NCBI GenBank assembly: GCA_963742755.1
Contig: CAVUMU010000002.1
Span: forward strand, 302,265 to 366,264
Length of the DNA: 64,000 nt
Reading direction: 5' to 3'
Source: an uncultured Gemmatimonadales bacterium
Lineage (GTDB): Bacteria; Gemmatimonadota; Gemmatimonadetes; Gemmatimonadales; GWC2-71-9
Under the pieces are notes generated by a model that made no database searches, was not told the origin of the DNA, and saw nothing but the letters and a program-made list of their open reading frames with translations. This document shows positions 49,161-58,082 of this stretch, one piece after another. Both the position numbers and the translations under genes were made by a program. Positions within the stretch are counted from its first letter, which is position 1. The number at the start of each line of letters is the position of its first letter.

Positions 49161-49925
49161 TCAGCGACTCATGGCCGAAGTGGTCGTGCCAGGCAGAACC
49201 ATGTCCTTGAGCCGGAGTGTAATGGTACCAAAGGGAAATTTGGTGCGGATCTGCACCGGTAACCGGCGAACATCGTCGGTCAGCCAGATGCGCGTCTCTG
49301 AGCGCTTGGAGAAGAGTCCGCGGGTGTCGATCGTGGGATGTAGCACCAGGCAGTTCACCTTGGCGCCATCGGGCAGCTCCAGCTTCTCCCGCTTGAGAAC
49401 CTCGATGGTAACAGGGTTCTTCTCCTTCCGGAAATAGCGATCGTAGGAGTATTTCCGGCCCACCTCGAGCGGAGTGACCCGGACGAAGTAGAAGAACGCG
49501 GCGTCATCCAGCGGCGCGGATGGCGTGGACCAGGTGGTGTCCCGGCCGTGCTCGCGGAAGAACCCTGAATCCGGGTAGATCTCGTACCGGCGGTCGGAGG
49601 ACTTGCCGTTCTCCTCGAAATCCTGCACGAACCGGCGGGAATGCAGATCGCTGGTACCCACCCAGGATTCCAGCACATCGTCGAGCGAGTAGAACGCGGT
49701 TTTCCCCTTGAGCCGGAACCGCAGCCGGAGGCTTTCGACCCCCCGTACGGTGTCGATCGAGGCTACCTCCAGCGTGGCCGAGCCCAGCGTCAGCATTCCC
49801 AGCTTGGCGCTGTAACTGAGCTTCTCCCCCACGACGAAGGGGTAGGACAGGGGCTGCGTCGCTGCCGCCGGCGCGGGGGAGGCCGCCGCCTGCAAGAGCA
49901 CGATAGCGAGCTGGAGGCTGGTCAC
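49161..49925 (-). CDS. DUF3108-like exported protein
   Basis: The GTG at 49925 overlaps the GT2 stop (GTGA). Signal-like N-terminus and beta-rich sequence (YSAKLGMLTLGSATLEV...). Confidence 0.5.
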   Translation of the reverse strand: MTSLQLAIVLLQAAASPAPAAATQPLSYPFVVGEKLSYSAKLGMLTLGSATLEVASIDTVRGVESLRLRFRLKGKTAFYSLDDVLESWVGTSDLHSRRFVQDFEENGKSSDRRYEIYPDSGFFREHGRDTTWSTPSAPLDDAAFFYFVRVTPLEVGRKYSYDRYFRKEKNPVTIEVLKREKLELPDGAKVNCLVLHPTIDTRGLFSKRSETRIWLTDDVRRLPVQIRTKFPFGTITLRLKDMVLPGTTTSAMSR

Positions 49926-50716
49926 GATGGGGCCACCTCCGCCGGGCGCGAAGCTTCGCGGCTGGCGGGCGGCTCCGCAGCCCGGGCTGGGGGCAGGTGG
50001 CTCAGTGAGCCTCGTGAGCGCCAGACGTTGATCATGGGCGCCCATGAGCCGGCCCGGCTCTCCCGCTGCCGGAGATCACGACGTTCCACGGCGGTAATCG
50101 TCTCCACCCGCCGAGCATGGCGTGAGGCTCGACCGTACAACTCGGCGTTGGCCGCCCAGCCTTCGGTGGTGAGGAGCTGGCCGGGTGCGCTGCGGAAGGC
50201 ATTGCGCAGAGTGACGAGACGGAACACCGCGAACCCGGAGACCACATCGGTCACACCGGGCACGGAAACCGCTCCCCGTAGCAGATGAGGGGCAAGCCGG
50301 CGGATCCAGCGCCGGACGCGGGACGGTTCTCCCTCCAGCTTGCTCTGGGCGATCACGATATCCGCACCGCTCTCGATCCGACGAACCAGGTCGGGGATGG
50401 AGTGGGGGCCATGGGCAAAGTCGGCATGCATCAGGATGGCACAGTCCCGCTTGGGACGGTCGGTCCGATCCACGGCCAGGCGCAGGAGCTCTTCGACGCT
50501 GTCGGCATAGCCCTGCCGCTCCTGGTGCCGGATGACGCTCAACGGCAGCACCCGAGTGTACCGTTCCAGGACTTCCGCCGTGGAATCGTTGGATCCGTCA
50601 TCCAAAACCAGCATCTGGTACTCCCGCTGGAAGCCGGCAAACACCTGGCGGATCTTCCACAGCAGGAGCCCGATAGTAGGGGCTTCGTTGTAACTCGGTA
50701 TGCAAACGTAAATCAT
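49922..50716 (-). CDS. family 2 glycosyltransferase
   Basis: IPSYNEAPTI ... VLDDGSNDST (GT-A DxD region). Confidence 0.85.
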   Translation of the reverse strand: MIYVCIPSYNEAPTIGLLLWKIRQVFAGFQREYQMLVLDDGSNDSTAEVLERYTRVLPLSVIRHQERQGYADSVEELLRLAVDRTDRPKRDCAILMHADFAHGPHSIPDLVRRIESGADIVIAQSKLEGEPSRVRRWIRRLAPHLLRGAVSVPGVTDVVSGFAVFRLVTLRNAFRSAPGQLLTTEGWAANAELYGRASRHARRVETITAVERRDLRQRESRAGSWAPMINVWRSRGSLSHLPPARAAEPPASREASRPAEVAPS

Positions 50717-51792
50717 GAGCCGTCAAGAGAATGGACGGACGAACGATACACCCCTAGAACCCGCTCTGCCATCCCGGGAACCGAGAATCCCCCGGCGTCA
50801 CGACGGCCGATTCTGACCAGGTTTTCCCGGAGCCCCGGTTCGGTGAGGACCCGCCGAACGGCGGCGGCAAACCCTGACGGGTTGCCCGGAGAAACCATCA
50901 GTCCGGCTCCGGTGCCAAGGAGCTCGGGAATACCTCCCACCCGCGTGGCCACCACCGGTACGCCCAGCGCCATAGCCGCCAGAATGGAGCTCCCCAACCC
51001 CTCGGATGTCGAGCTCAACACACACACATCGGCATCCACGAGGGCGGTGTGCGGGTCGGGCAGCTGGCCCACCAGGTGGAACCGTTGGTCCAGGCCGGCC
51101 GCGGAGATTTGCTGCTCCAGCACCCCGCGCAGCGGGCCTTCGCCCGCGATAACCCAGTGGAGGTCGGGCAAGTCCCGGACCAGCAGGGCCGCCGCCGCTA
51201 CGAGCGTGGACTGGTCCTTTTCCGGGGTCAATGCCGCCAGGCTAACGGCCAGCCGTCCCTTTTCGGGGAGATGCAACGCGTGTCGGATGGAAGGCTGGGC
51301 CGGGGTGGCCGAGTCCTCGACATCGACCGCGGAGGGAATGATTACGATACGCTGCGCTTCTACCCCGTCGGCCACCAGCGCGTCCCGGACCGCCTCGGAA
51401 ATGGCGATGACCTGCCGCGCCCGCAGCCAGAACCCCCGGTGCCGAAGGGGAAAGACGACGCGACGGGTCACGACCAGAGGAGCTCCGGTCAGAGCAGCGC
51501 AGATACCTGACAGGGTGAGGGAGTGGGCGTCATGGGCGTGGAGAACCGCGTGGGGACGGCGGAGCTCCTGGAGAATGGGCCAGAGGACCCGCGGATCCAG
51601 TCCGGCTTTCCAGGAGGCGGTCCGAACAGGAACGCCGGACGACTGGAGCCGTCTGGCCAGTTCGGTTCCCGCGCCGGTGACCACGACCTGCACGGTTCCG
51701 GCGCGACGGAGCTCGCGGGCGAGCAGCCACACCTGCCGCTGACCGCCTCGCCACTCGCGGCCGGAGGCCACGTGGACGACGGCGGGGTTCAC
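50713..51792 (-). CDS. family 4 (GT-B) glycosyltransferase
   Basis: Glycos_transf_1-type C-terminal region with SSTSEGLGSSILAAMALGVPVVAT. Confidence 0.85.
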   Translation of the reverse strand: MNPAVVHVASGREWRGGQRQVWLLARELRRAGTVQVVVTGAGTELARRLQSSGVPVRTASWKAGLDPRVLWPILQELRRPHAVLHAHDAHSLTLSGICAALTGAPLVVTRRVVFPLRHRGFWLRARQVIAISEAVRDALVADGVEAQRIVIIPSAVDVEDSATPAQPSIRHALHLPEKGRLAVSLAALTPEKDQSTLVAAAALLVRDLPDLHWVIAGEGPLRGVLEQQISAAGLDQRFHLVGQLPDPHTALVDADVCVLSSTSEGLGSSILAAMALGVPVVATRVGGIPELLGTGAGLMVSPGNPSGFAAAVRRVLTEPGLRENLVRIGRRDAGGFSVPGMAERVLGVYRSSVHSLDGS

Positions 51793-53822
51793 GTCCTGGG
51801 TAGAGCGTCTGCCGGCCAGCTCCCGCTTTCGCGCACAATGGCCTGGGGCCCGCTTTCCCGTACAATATCGGCCAGCAGAGTCCGAAGCTCGGCCAGGCTG
51901 AAGGGCTTATGGAGGTAGGGGCGGTCGAGTGTTTCCAGAAAGGCGAGGGTGTCGCCCCGCACCGTATCCCCGGTGCTGAAGACCAGCCGCGCCGCCATCG
52001 CGGGGTTCCGGCGGGACAGCTCCTCGTAGAATTCCCGGCCTCCGTATCGGGGCATCCGCAGATCGGAGATGATCAGGTCGAACTGCTCGCTGGTCGCCCG
52101 GGAAAGCCCTTCTTCGCCGTCGCCGGCGACCACGGGGATGTGTCCCCATGCCTCCAGCGTCGCCCTCATGTAGTGTAGGATGTGCGGCTCGTCGTCGACC
52201 ACCAGGACTCGGAGCCGTCTGGTGGGGGCTCGTGTGGCGTCATCCGCGGGCGGAGTGGAGGTTCGGCTGCATATGGGCAGCTGGACTGTGAAGGTCGAGC
52301 CCTTGCCCTCCTCGCTGGAGAGCATGATCCGGCCGCCGTGCTCCTTCACGATCCCCTGGCTGATCGAAAGGCCGAGACCGGTACCTTCGCCCTCGGCCTT
52401 GGTGGTGAAGAAAGGCTCGAAGACCTGAGTAGCCAGGTGGTCGGACATACCCGGACCATCGTCGATGATGTCGATCGCCACTCCGTCCAGCCAGCGCCGG
52501 GCCCGAACCACGATGGTGCCTGGTCTTCCGGTGGCAGCAACCGCCTGCGCGGCGTTGTTGATCAGGTTGACGAAGACCTGCTGGATCTGGTTGGGGTCTA
52601 TGTCGGGCATGGGCAGGTCGGGCTCGACCTCGATGCTCGCTTCTACCCGGTGCGCCATCAGCTGGTTTCGCAGCAGCACGAACGTCGCATCCAGCAGGGG
52701 TTTGAGCGCGGTGGGTCGGCGCTGATGTTCCTGCTTTCGGGCAAAGCCCAGGAGGTTTCTGACGATGCTGGAAGCCCGTTCGGCCTCTTCGCGAATGACG
52801 GTGAGCGGCTCGCGGATGTTGGGCGGAATGTGAGGCACTTCGGTGAGGAAGTCGGCGAACCCAAGCACGGAGGCGAGCGGGTTGTTCAGGTCGTGGGCGA
52901 TGCCTGCAATCAATTGCCCGATGGCCGACATTTTTTCCGACTGGATCAGCTGGTCTTGCAATCGGCGTCGCTCCGTCTGGTCGTCGAACAGGAGCACGAC
53001 GGCGCTGCGGTCGTTGCTGCTAATCGGAACGGCGGTAACGGCATAGGTCCGCTCGCCGGTGCGCAGCTCGACTTCCCGGCCCGCTCCTTGCTGGTCGAGA
53101 GCCCGCTGGATATCGGTGGCCCACTCGGGCGGGATGAACGCCTGCCACGGCCGCCCGATGAGGCTCGCGGGGGGTGCGTTCACCAGGTCGGCAAAGGCCC
53201 GGTTCGCTCGCCGGATGGCCCCGCTTCGGTCCACGATGCACAATGCCGGGGAGATGGCGTCCACCACCTCCTGCCAGGTACGGCGGCCGTCATCGTGAAG
53301 GTCCACCAGCCGGGCACTCTCGAGGGCAATGCTGGCCTGCGATACCAGCCCTTCGAGCAGAACCAGGTCCGCCGGTCCAAAGCGACCCGCCTCACCGCGC
53401 GCAGCGATGGCCCCGGTTACCCTTCCTTTGGCGATGAACGGTGCGACCAGCCAGCTTCCCACCGTCAGAGGGGGTGGAGTAAGGCCAGCCTCCCTCAGTA
53501 TGGCATCCAGTCCGTCATGAATGAGCAGGGCGCCCCGGCGGGTCGCCAGCTCCAGCAAGGGTCGCGGGTTGGTTCGGCCCGGAGGCCAGCCCAGCACAAA
53601 GTCGATGGTCTCCGCTTCGCGCTGAAACAAGGCAATAGCGATCTCGCTGGGGGCCAGCGACTCCCGTACATGTCGCACCAGCAGGTCTATCACCGAGGCA
53701 CGCCGCAGGGTCCCGGCCACTTCCTGGCCGAAGGCGGTGAGCCGGCGGACAAGGTCGAGATCGGTAGGGGCGTCGGTGCTGTCGGGTCCCGACAGGAGTT
53801 TCGCTGATGGAGGGTTCGTCAT
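51789..53822 (-). CDS. hybrid sensor histidine kinase / response regulator (GAF-PAS-HisKA-HATPase-REC)
   Basis: H-box IAHDLNNPL, N/G boxes (NLINNAAQA, DDGPGM, GTGLGLS), and a C-terminal receiver (VLVVDDE...IISDLRMP). Confidence 0.9.
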   Translation of the reverse strand: MTNPPSAKLLSGPDSTDAPTDLDLVRRLTAFGQEVAGTLRRASVIDLLVRHVRESLAPSEIAIALFQREAETIDFVLGWPPGRTNPRPLLELATRRGALLIHDGLDAILREAGLTPPPLTVGSWLVAPFIAKGRVTGAIAARGEAGRFGPADLVLLEGLVSQASIALESARLVDLHDDGRRTWQEVVDAISPALCIVDRSGAIRRANRAFADLVNAPPASLIGRPWQAFIPPEWATDIQRALDQQGAGREVELRTGERTYAVTAVPISSNDRSAVVLLFDDQTERRRLQDQLIQSEKMSAIGQLIAGIAHDLNNPLASVLGFADFLTEVPHIPPNIREPLTVIREEAERASSIVRNLLGFARKQEHQRRPTALKPLLDATFVLLRNQLMAHRVEASIEVEPDLPMPDIDPNQIQQVFVNLINNAAQAVAATGRPGTIVVRARRWLDGVAIDIIDDGPGMSDHLATQVFEPFFTTKAEGEGTGLGLSISQGIVKEHGGRIMLSSEEGKGSTFTVQLPICSRTSTPPADDATRAPTRRLRVLVVDDEPHILHYMRATLEAWGHIPVVAGDGEEGLSRATSEQFDLIISDLRMPRYGGREFYEELSRRNPAMAARLVFSTGDTVRGDTLAFLETLDRPYLHKPFSLAELRTLLADIVRESGPQAIVRESGSWPADALPRT

Positions 53823-54498
53823 GATCCGTGCGAATACGCGGGGCCGCCTGACCGCGGCAGACCTGCAGCTGGTGATCCTGCTGCTGAGCCGTGGGTCCGC
53901 CCATCGCCGCGCCTATCTGGAGCGCCGGCTGACGACCGAAGGACCCGACTCACTGCTCGACGCGCCTGATCTGGTCGAGCGGCTGCTGACAATGCGTTCG
54001 ATGCTGCTTCCGTCCGAGGCGCTCTTCTTCTATGTCCTGGTACGCCATGCCCTGCGCGGAGCCGGTCTCGACGATCGCGACCTGGCCGACTACCTGGCTG
54101 CCCTGCTGATGGAGTTCGGCCAGCGGGACCGGGCCTGGCGGGTGGACTGGAACGACGACCAGCGACATCGGTACCTGGTCGACATCCTGACCGATCTCGA
54201 GGCCACGGCGGGCGACCGCCGCTTCAAGGTGATGGTCCACCTCGGCAATTACGCGCTGTGGTTGACTGGACTCTTTCCCGATTATATCGCCGCCCGGCGG
54301 CTGCGCAAAGCAGGCCCGGACATCAGCTACTACGATGCGCTCGGCAGCCGGGGATTCAGTCTGGCGTCCGATCACGCGCTGGCGGCTCAGTACGGCCTCG
54401 ATCTCGTTCTCCGGACCGCCGCTGACCGCTTCCCGGCCCTACGGAGCGCGCTCAACGGCGTGAGCGATCGCGTCTTCTTTCCGTCGTCCTCCCACTAA
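53821..54498 (+). CDS. hypothetical protein
   Basis: 225-aa ORF with coding bias. Its start codon overlaps the kinase start on the opposite strand (CATG). No motif recognised. Confidence 0.45.
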   Translation: MIRANTRGRLTAADLQLVILLLSRGSAHRRAYLERRLTTEGPDSLLDAPDLVERLLTMRSMLLPSEALFFYVLVRHALRGAGLDDRDLADYLAALLMEFGQRDRAWRVDWNDDQRHRYLVDILTDLEATAGDRRFKVMVHLGNYALWLTGLFPDYIAARRLRKAGPDISYYDALGSRGFSLASDHALAAQYGLDLVLRTAADRFPALRSALNGVSDRVFFPSSSH

Positions 54499-55227
54499 CC
54501 CACGGCGGGCAAGCCCCGCTTCATTCACCAGCGCCGAGAAGAGACCATGCTCCGGCGCCTGACGGTCCGCGTGCATTTCCTCCGGGTGCCATTGAACAGC
54601 CAGAATCCATGGGGTCCCGGGGGTAGTCTCGGCGACCTCGATCAGGCCGTCGCTGGTCCACCCGGTGGCGACCAGACCCGGCGCCAGATCCTTGATGGCC
54701 TGGTGGTGTACCGAGTTCACCGTCACGCTCGTGGTCTCCAGCGCCGCGGCCGCCCGGCTGCCGGGCTGGATACGAACTGAATGAGTACGGATATCGCGGG
54801 CACCTGGTGGACTGTGCTCCACGATCCCCGGTCGCTCGGACGGGAGGTCCTGAATCAGGGTGCCTCCCAAGGCCACGTTGATGAGCTGAATGCCCCGGCA
54901 GATACCCAGGATGGGCAACTCGCGTTGCCGCGCCACGGCAAAAAGCGCGAGCTCGAACAGATCCCGCTCCTGGCTGGGTGGACTCAGCAGGGGCGACGGG
55001 TCGGCGCCATACCAGGAGGGATGGATGTCTTCCCCGCCCGAGAGCAGGAGTCCATCACAGCCATCGAGTGCCGATCCTGCCAGCGGGGCGCCCATCAGTG
55101 GTGAGAGAATCAGCGGAACGCCGCCCGCGGCCAGGAGGGCGCGCACATAGGCGGCGTTGACTCCCGTGCGGTCGGCCCCGTCCCAGGTGCGGACCACCCC
55201 GCTGACGGCTATGCGGGCAAGACTCAC
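54439..55227 (-). CDS. gamma-glutamyl-GABA hydrolase-like class I glutamine amidotransferase (peptidase C26)
   Basis: Nucleophile elbow GICRGIQL and the motif QWHPE. The GTG at 55227 overlaps the upstream stop (GTGA). Confidence 0.85.
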   Translation of the reverse strand: MSLARIAVSGVVRTWDGADRTGVNAAYVRALLAAGGVPLILSPLMGAPLAGSALDGCDGLLLSGGEDIHPSWYGADPSPLLSPPSQERDLFELALFAVARQRELPILGICRGIQLINVALGGTLIQDLPSERPGIVEHSPPGARDIRTHSVRIQPGSRAAAALETTSVTVNSVHHQAIKDLAPGLVATGWTSDGLIEVAETTPGTPWILAVQWHPEEMHADRQAPEHGLFSALVNEAGLARRGLVGGRRKEDAIAHAVERAP

Positions 55228-55706
55228 TGAATCACGGTGTCGGGGAAGAACGGGCACCGGGGATCTTCGATCTTTGCCGGGTCCAGCTGGATGCCGATCA
55301 ACGGCACGGTGAACTCCCCGATCGACACCCGTCCGATCTCCGGTGCGCCCTCGATGGGTGTTCCCTCGTAGAGAATTACCCCTCGCGCCTTCTCGCTTTG
55401 ATCGAGAATCAGCACGGCGAAGCCGGGCTTTACATTGGGCGGCAAGCTCCCGTTAACTCCGATGATCCATAGCGAATCGGCCCGACCGACAATCGCGGGA
55501 TAGGCCGGACCAGCGACCAGCCGCACCACCAGACGTTCCGGGAGATTGCGCGGAGGGGTACCAAGCGTCTGGCCCGCAATGCTGAACTGTCCCAGCAGCG
55601 CGGTAGGTCCGGCAAGCGCTGCCAGGCCGCACGCCGCGGAAGGTTGTCGATCAGACCGGGAGCAGCCGGCGATCAGGAGGAACGCGAGACCCAGGACCCA
55701 GCGCAT
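55224..55706 (-). CDS. hypothetical lipoprotein
   Basis: Lipobox LIAGC, 160 aa. Confidence 0.5.
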   Translation of the reverse strand: MRWVLGLAFLLIAGCSRSDRQPSAACGLAALAGPTALLGQFSIAGQTLGTPPRNLPERLVVRLVAGPAYPAIVGRADSLWIIGVNGSLPPNVKPGFAVLILDQSEKARGVILYEGTPIEGAPEIGRVSIGEFTVPLIGIQLDPAKIEDPRCPFFPDTVIQ

Positions 55707-55747
55707 GAGCTAAGATAACTCGCTGGCCGAGCGGATGAGACTCCGCA

Positions 55748-56044
55748 CTACGACCAGATCTCTCGCTGGGCCCAGGTTTCCCGGGTCAGGATGACCCCAT
55801 CCGGAAACTGGGTCTGGAACTCGGCGCGGAAGTGAGGCGCGTGGTCCTTCAGGTACCGGTCGAGATCGGCCTGTCCATCCGCCTGGTAGCTGGTTCGAAA
55901 TCGGTTGGCGGCGGCGAGGCTGAAACGGATCCGGCGAAAGCAGCCGGTGGCGAATATCGCAGGAATATGGCGCTGCCTCATGTACTCCTCCACTGCGGCT
56001 GCCAGCCTCGCCTCGACCTGCAGGGTGACTTCGTAGCTGATCAT
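55748..56044 (-). CDS. DUF4286 family protein
   Basis: 98 aa. MISYEVTLQVEARLAAAVEEYMRQRHIPAI has the typical DUF4286 layout. Confidence 0.65.
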   Translation of the reverse strand: MISYEVTLQVEARLAAAVEEYMRQRHIPAIFATGCFRRIRFSLAAANRFRTSYQADGQADLDRYLKDHAPHFRAEFQTQFPDGVILTRETWAQREIWS

Positions 56045-56062
56045 GAGTCGAGTCTCCGGGGA

Positions 56063-56097
56063 GGGTCCAGGGTCTAGAGTCTGGGGTCTGGAGTCTA
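56063..56097. repeat. five tandem heptamers (GGGTCCA GGGTCTA GAGTCTG GGGTCTG GAGTCTA)
   Basis: Exact period of 7 in the gap between the HD gene and the DUF4286 gene. I found no inverted partner. Confidence 0.75.
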
Positions 56098-56178
56098 TTG
56101 CAGCGACCTGGGTCGTTGGCGCCTCGCATGGGAGTGGTTCCTGCGGTAGCTGCCCCGTTGGTTCGGCGGCGCGGTCCG

Positions 56179-56823
56179 TCAGGACCGCTCATCCCCGAGC
56201 CTTGCTATCGTTCTCACCAGGTTGGCCCGCGCCGGCGCCTCGTATAGATGGCGGAAATGGTCGGTCTGATAGATCGAAGGGCGCCGCAGGAACCCCGCCA
56301 AGATCTCCCCTCGCGCACGGCGGTACATCGGCTCAGGCACCCAGGCGTACTCCCGCCGGATCCGCTGCTCGAAGTCATCGAAAACGTCCGGGGTCCGGCC
56401 GAGAATAGAGAGGTCGATGTCGCAGAGGAGCGCCGCGTCCGGCTCTCCCGGACTGGAGAGATGCCGGGTGGTGAGGATGAGCTCCGCGATCCGGTCAGCG
56501 ATTTCGAGTGAGGCTCCTGCGGCCGCCAGGCTGGACCTGCCCAGACGCGCGCTCTGGTCTTCGTTGTCGGAGGACCCTGGCTGATAGACCGCGTCGTGAA
56601 ACCAGATGGCGGCCTCGACTTCGTCGGGCCGCTTTGCGATTGGTGAGGTCATATCGAATTGCCCAAGGCAGTCGCGGATGTGCTCGGCCGTGTGGTAGGC
56701 TCGGGCCGGTTCCGCGTAGGCCGCCTGGAGCGCGTTGAAGACGGGAAGCCCGTCTCCCTGGGCGCCGAGGCGGTTCCACAATCCGATCCACCGGCTTCGA
56801 TCCAGGGCTGGGAGTTGCGCCAC
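56179..56823 (-). CDS. HD-superfamily metal-dependent phosphohydrolase (COG4339-like)
   Basis: YAEPARAYHTAEHI ... WFHDAVY. The GTG at 56823 lies just after the upstream TAG; the longer track start would overlap that gene by 59 nt. Confidence 0.7.
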   Translation of the reverse strand: MAQLPALDRSRWIGLWNRLGAQGDGLPVFNALQAAYAEPARAYHTAEHIRDCLGQFDMTSPIAKRPDEVEAAIWFHDAVYQPGSSDNEDQSARLGRSSLAAAGASLEIADRIAELILTTRHLSSPGEPDAALLCDIDLSILGRTPDVFDDFEQRIRREYAWVPEPMYRRARGEILAGFLRRPSIYQTDHFRHLYEAPARANLVRTIARLGDERS

Positions 56824-56824
56824 G

Positions 56825-57232
56825 CTATCCGGGTGCCGCCACGGTCTGAGCGCCGCGCCCCACCAGGTGGCTGCACCACTCAATTTCGATCTCGAGCTGC
56901 TCCATCTGCAGGGCTGCCTCCGCCACGCACTCCTCCAGGTCGCGGTCCCCGGCCACGGAGTGGAGTGCGCTTACCAGCTCGCGCAGCCCTTCCAGCTCGA
57001 AGGTGAGGAGCTGGTGATAGCGGCGGGCGGCGGATGGCAGGGTAGGAGCGAGCCGCCGCAGCTCGGCCTTCCGATCCAGAGTGTGCTCGATCGAGTGGCG
57101 TGCGGCGTAGTCCTCGGCGGCAATGCGCGGGCGACGGCGCTCCACCGCCGGGACCAGAAACGGCAGCCGGCGCCGATGGCGGGTCCTGAACCGGTCGAGC
57201 GTCTCCAGGATGCTGCGCAGGGTGAGGGCCAC
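56825..57232 (-). CDS. hypothetical protein
   Basis: 135-aa helical ORF immediately upstream of, and presumably co-transcribed with, the HD gene. Confidence 0.4.
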   Translation of the reverse strand: MALTLRSILETLDRFRTRHRRRLPFLVPAVERRRPRIAAEDYAARHSIEHTLDRKAELRRLAPTLPSAARRYHQLLTFELEGLRELVSALHSVAGDRDLEECVAEAALQMEQLEIEIEWCSHLVGRGAQTVAAPG

Positions 57233-57321
57233 CGCTGGCCTCTGCTGTCGTAGATCGGGCTAAAATCGTGAGGGAGCCCGATAATAGCGCGAAACCAGCC
57301 GCCGGCCTAGAGGCTCTTCGC

Positions 57322-57350
57322 TTGACGGTCTCCCAGTGCACTCCTACCAT
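57322..57350 (+). promoter_or_regulatory. putative sigma-70-type promoter
   Basis: TTGACG, a 17-nt spacer, then TACCAT, 73 nt upstream of the 57423 start. Confidence 0.3.
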
Positions 57351-57422
57351 TCGCCTTCCCCAGTAGTCTGATTCCTGCCTGTAGTACCCCGAGGTGGACA
57401 CGATGACTGGTGTGCGCCGGCC

Positions 57423-57983
57423 GTGTTCGAAAGTGTAAAGGCCAGGCTGGAAAAGTTGTTTCGCGACCACTCCCGGTCCGACCCGCGGGCCTACCTGGCG
57501 GGCCTCCGCGAGGCTCTCCTGGAGGCCAAGGTGGGAGTCGGGGCGATGAAGAGCGCGCTCTCTGCCACCGAGCGCGAGCTGCTGAACGAACGGCGCCAGT
57601 TGGCCGACGCCGAGCGGAGAGGCCGGCTTGCGGCGGAGCTGCCTGATGCGGAAACGGCAGCGCTCGCGGAACGCTACGCGCTGAAGCATCGCGAGCGCGT
57701 CGCTGTCCTGGAGCGGAAGCTGGTGGTCCAGCGGGATGAGCTGGTGCTGGCGGAACGTGAGGTCGAGGAGATGCTCATTCAGGTGCGTGCCGGCCGGCCG
57801 GGGCTGGGGGCCGAGTCCATCGCGGCCGCGTGGAGGGACCTCGAGTCCGCCGGAGGGGCTCGACCCGACCTGGCGCCGGAGGACGAACGGCTTCGAGCCG
57901 AGGCCGACCGCAAGCTCAAGGAGCAGGCAGTGGAGGCGCAGCTGGCTTTCCTTAAATCAAAACTCAAAAAGCGCGAACGGTAA
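57423..57983 (+). CDS. coiled-coil protein, PspA/IM30-like
   Basis: Predicted to be largely alpha-helical with heptad-like charge pattern. GTG start with no clear RBS, so the boundary is uncertain. Confidence 0.4.
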   Translation: MFESVKARLEKLFRDHSRSDPRAYLAGLREALLEAKVGVGAMKSALSATERELLNERRQLADAERRGRLAAELPDAETAALAERYALKHRERVAVLERKLVVQRDELVLAEREVEEMLIQVRAGRPGLGAESIAAAWRDLESAGGARPDLAPEDERLRAEADRKLKEQAVEAQLAFLKSKLKKRER

Positions 57984-58082
57984 ATAGTGAGCGGTAAACG
58001 GACGACTCCTGCGTTCCTGGCGCTGCTGAGCCTCGCGGCAGCGTGTATTTCCTGTGCACCCTTCACGGTTCACCGTTCACGC
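57973..58082. repeat. degenerate tandem-heptamer inverted repeat (GTAAACG/GTGAGCG units)
   Basis: The left arm GCGAACGGTAAATAGTGAGCGGTAAACGG pairs with the right arm CCTTCACGGTTCACCGTTCACGC. The element overlaps the end of one gene and the signal-peptide region of the next. Confidence 0.55.

Noticed and set aside
57403-57441. A 12-codon upstream ORF (MTGVRRPCSKV) with a GAGGTGG RBS, overlapping the 57423 start.
   Set aside because: It is too short and unsupported. It may simply mean that the start of the coiled-coil gene is uncertain.
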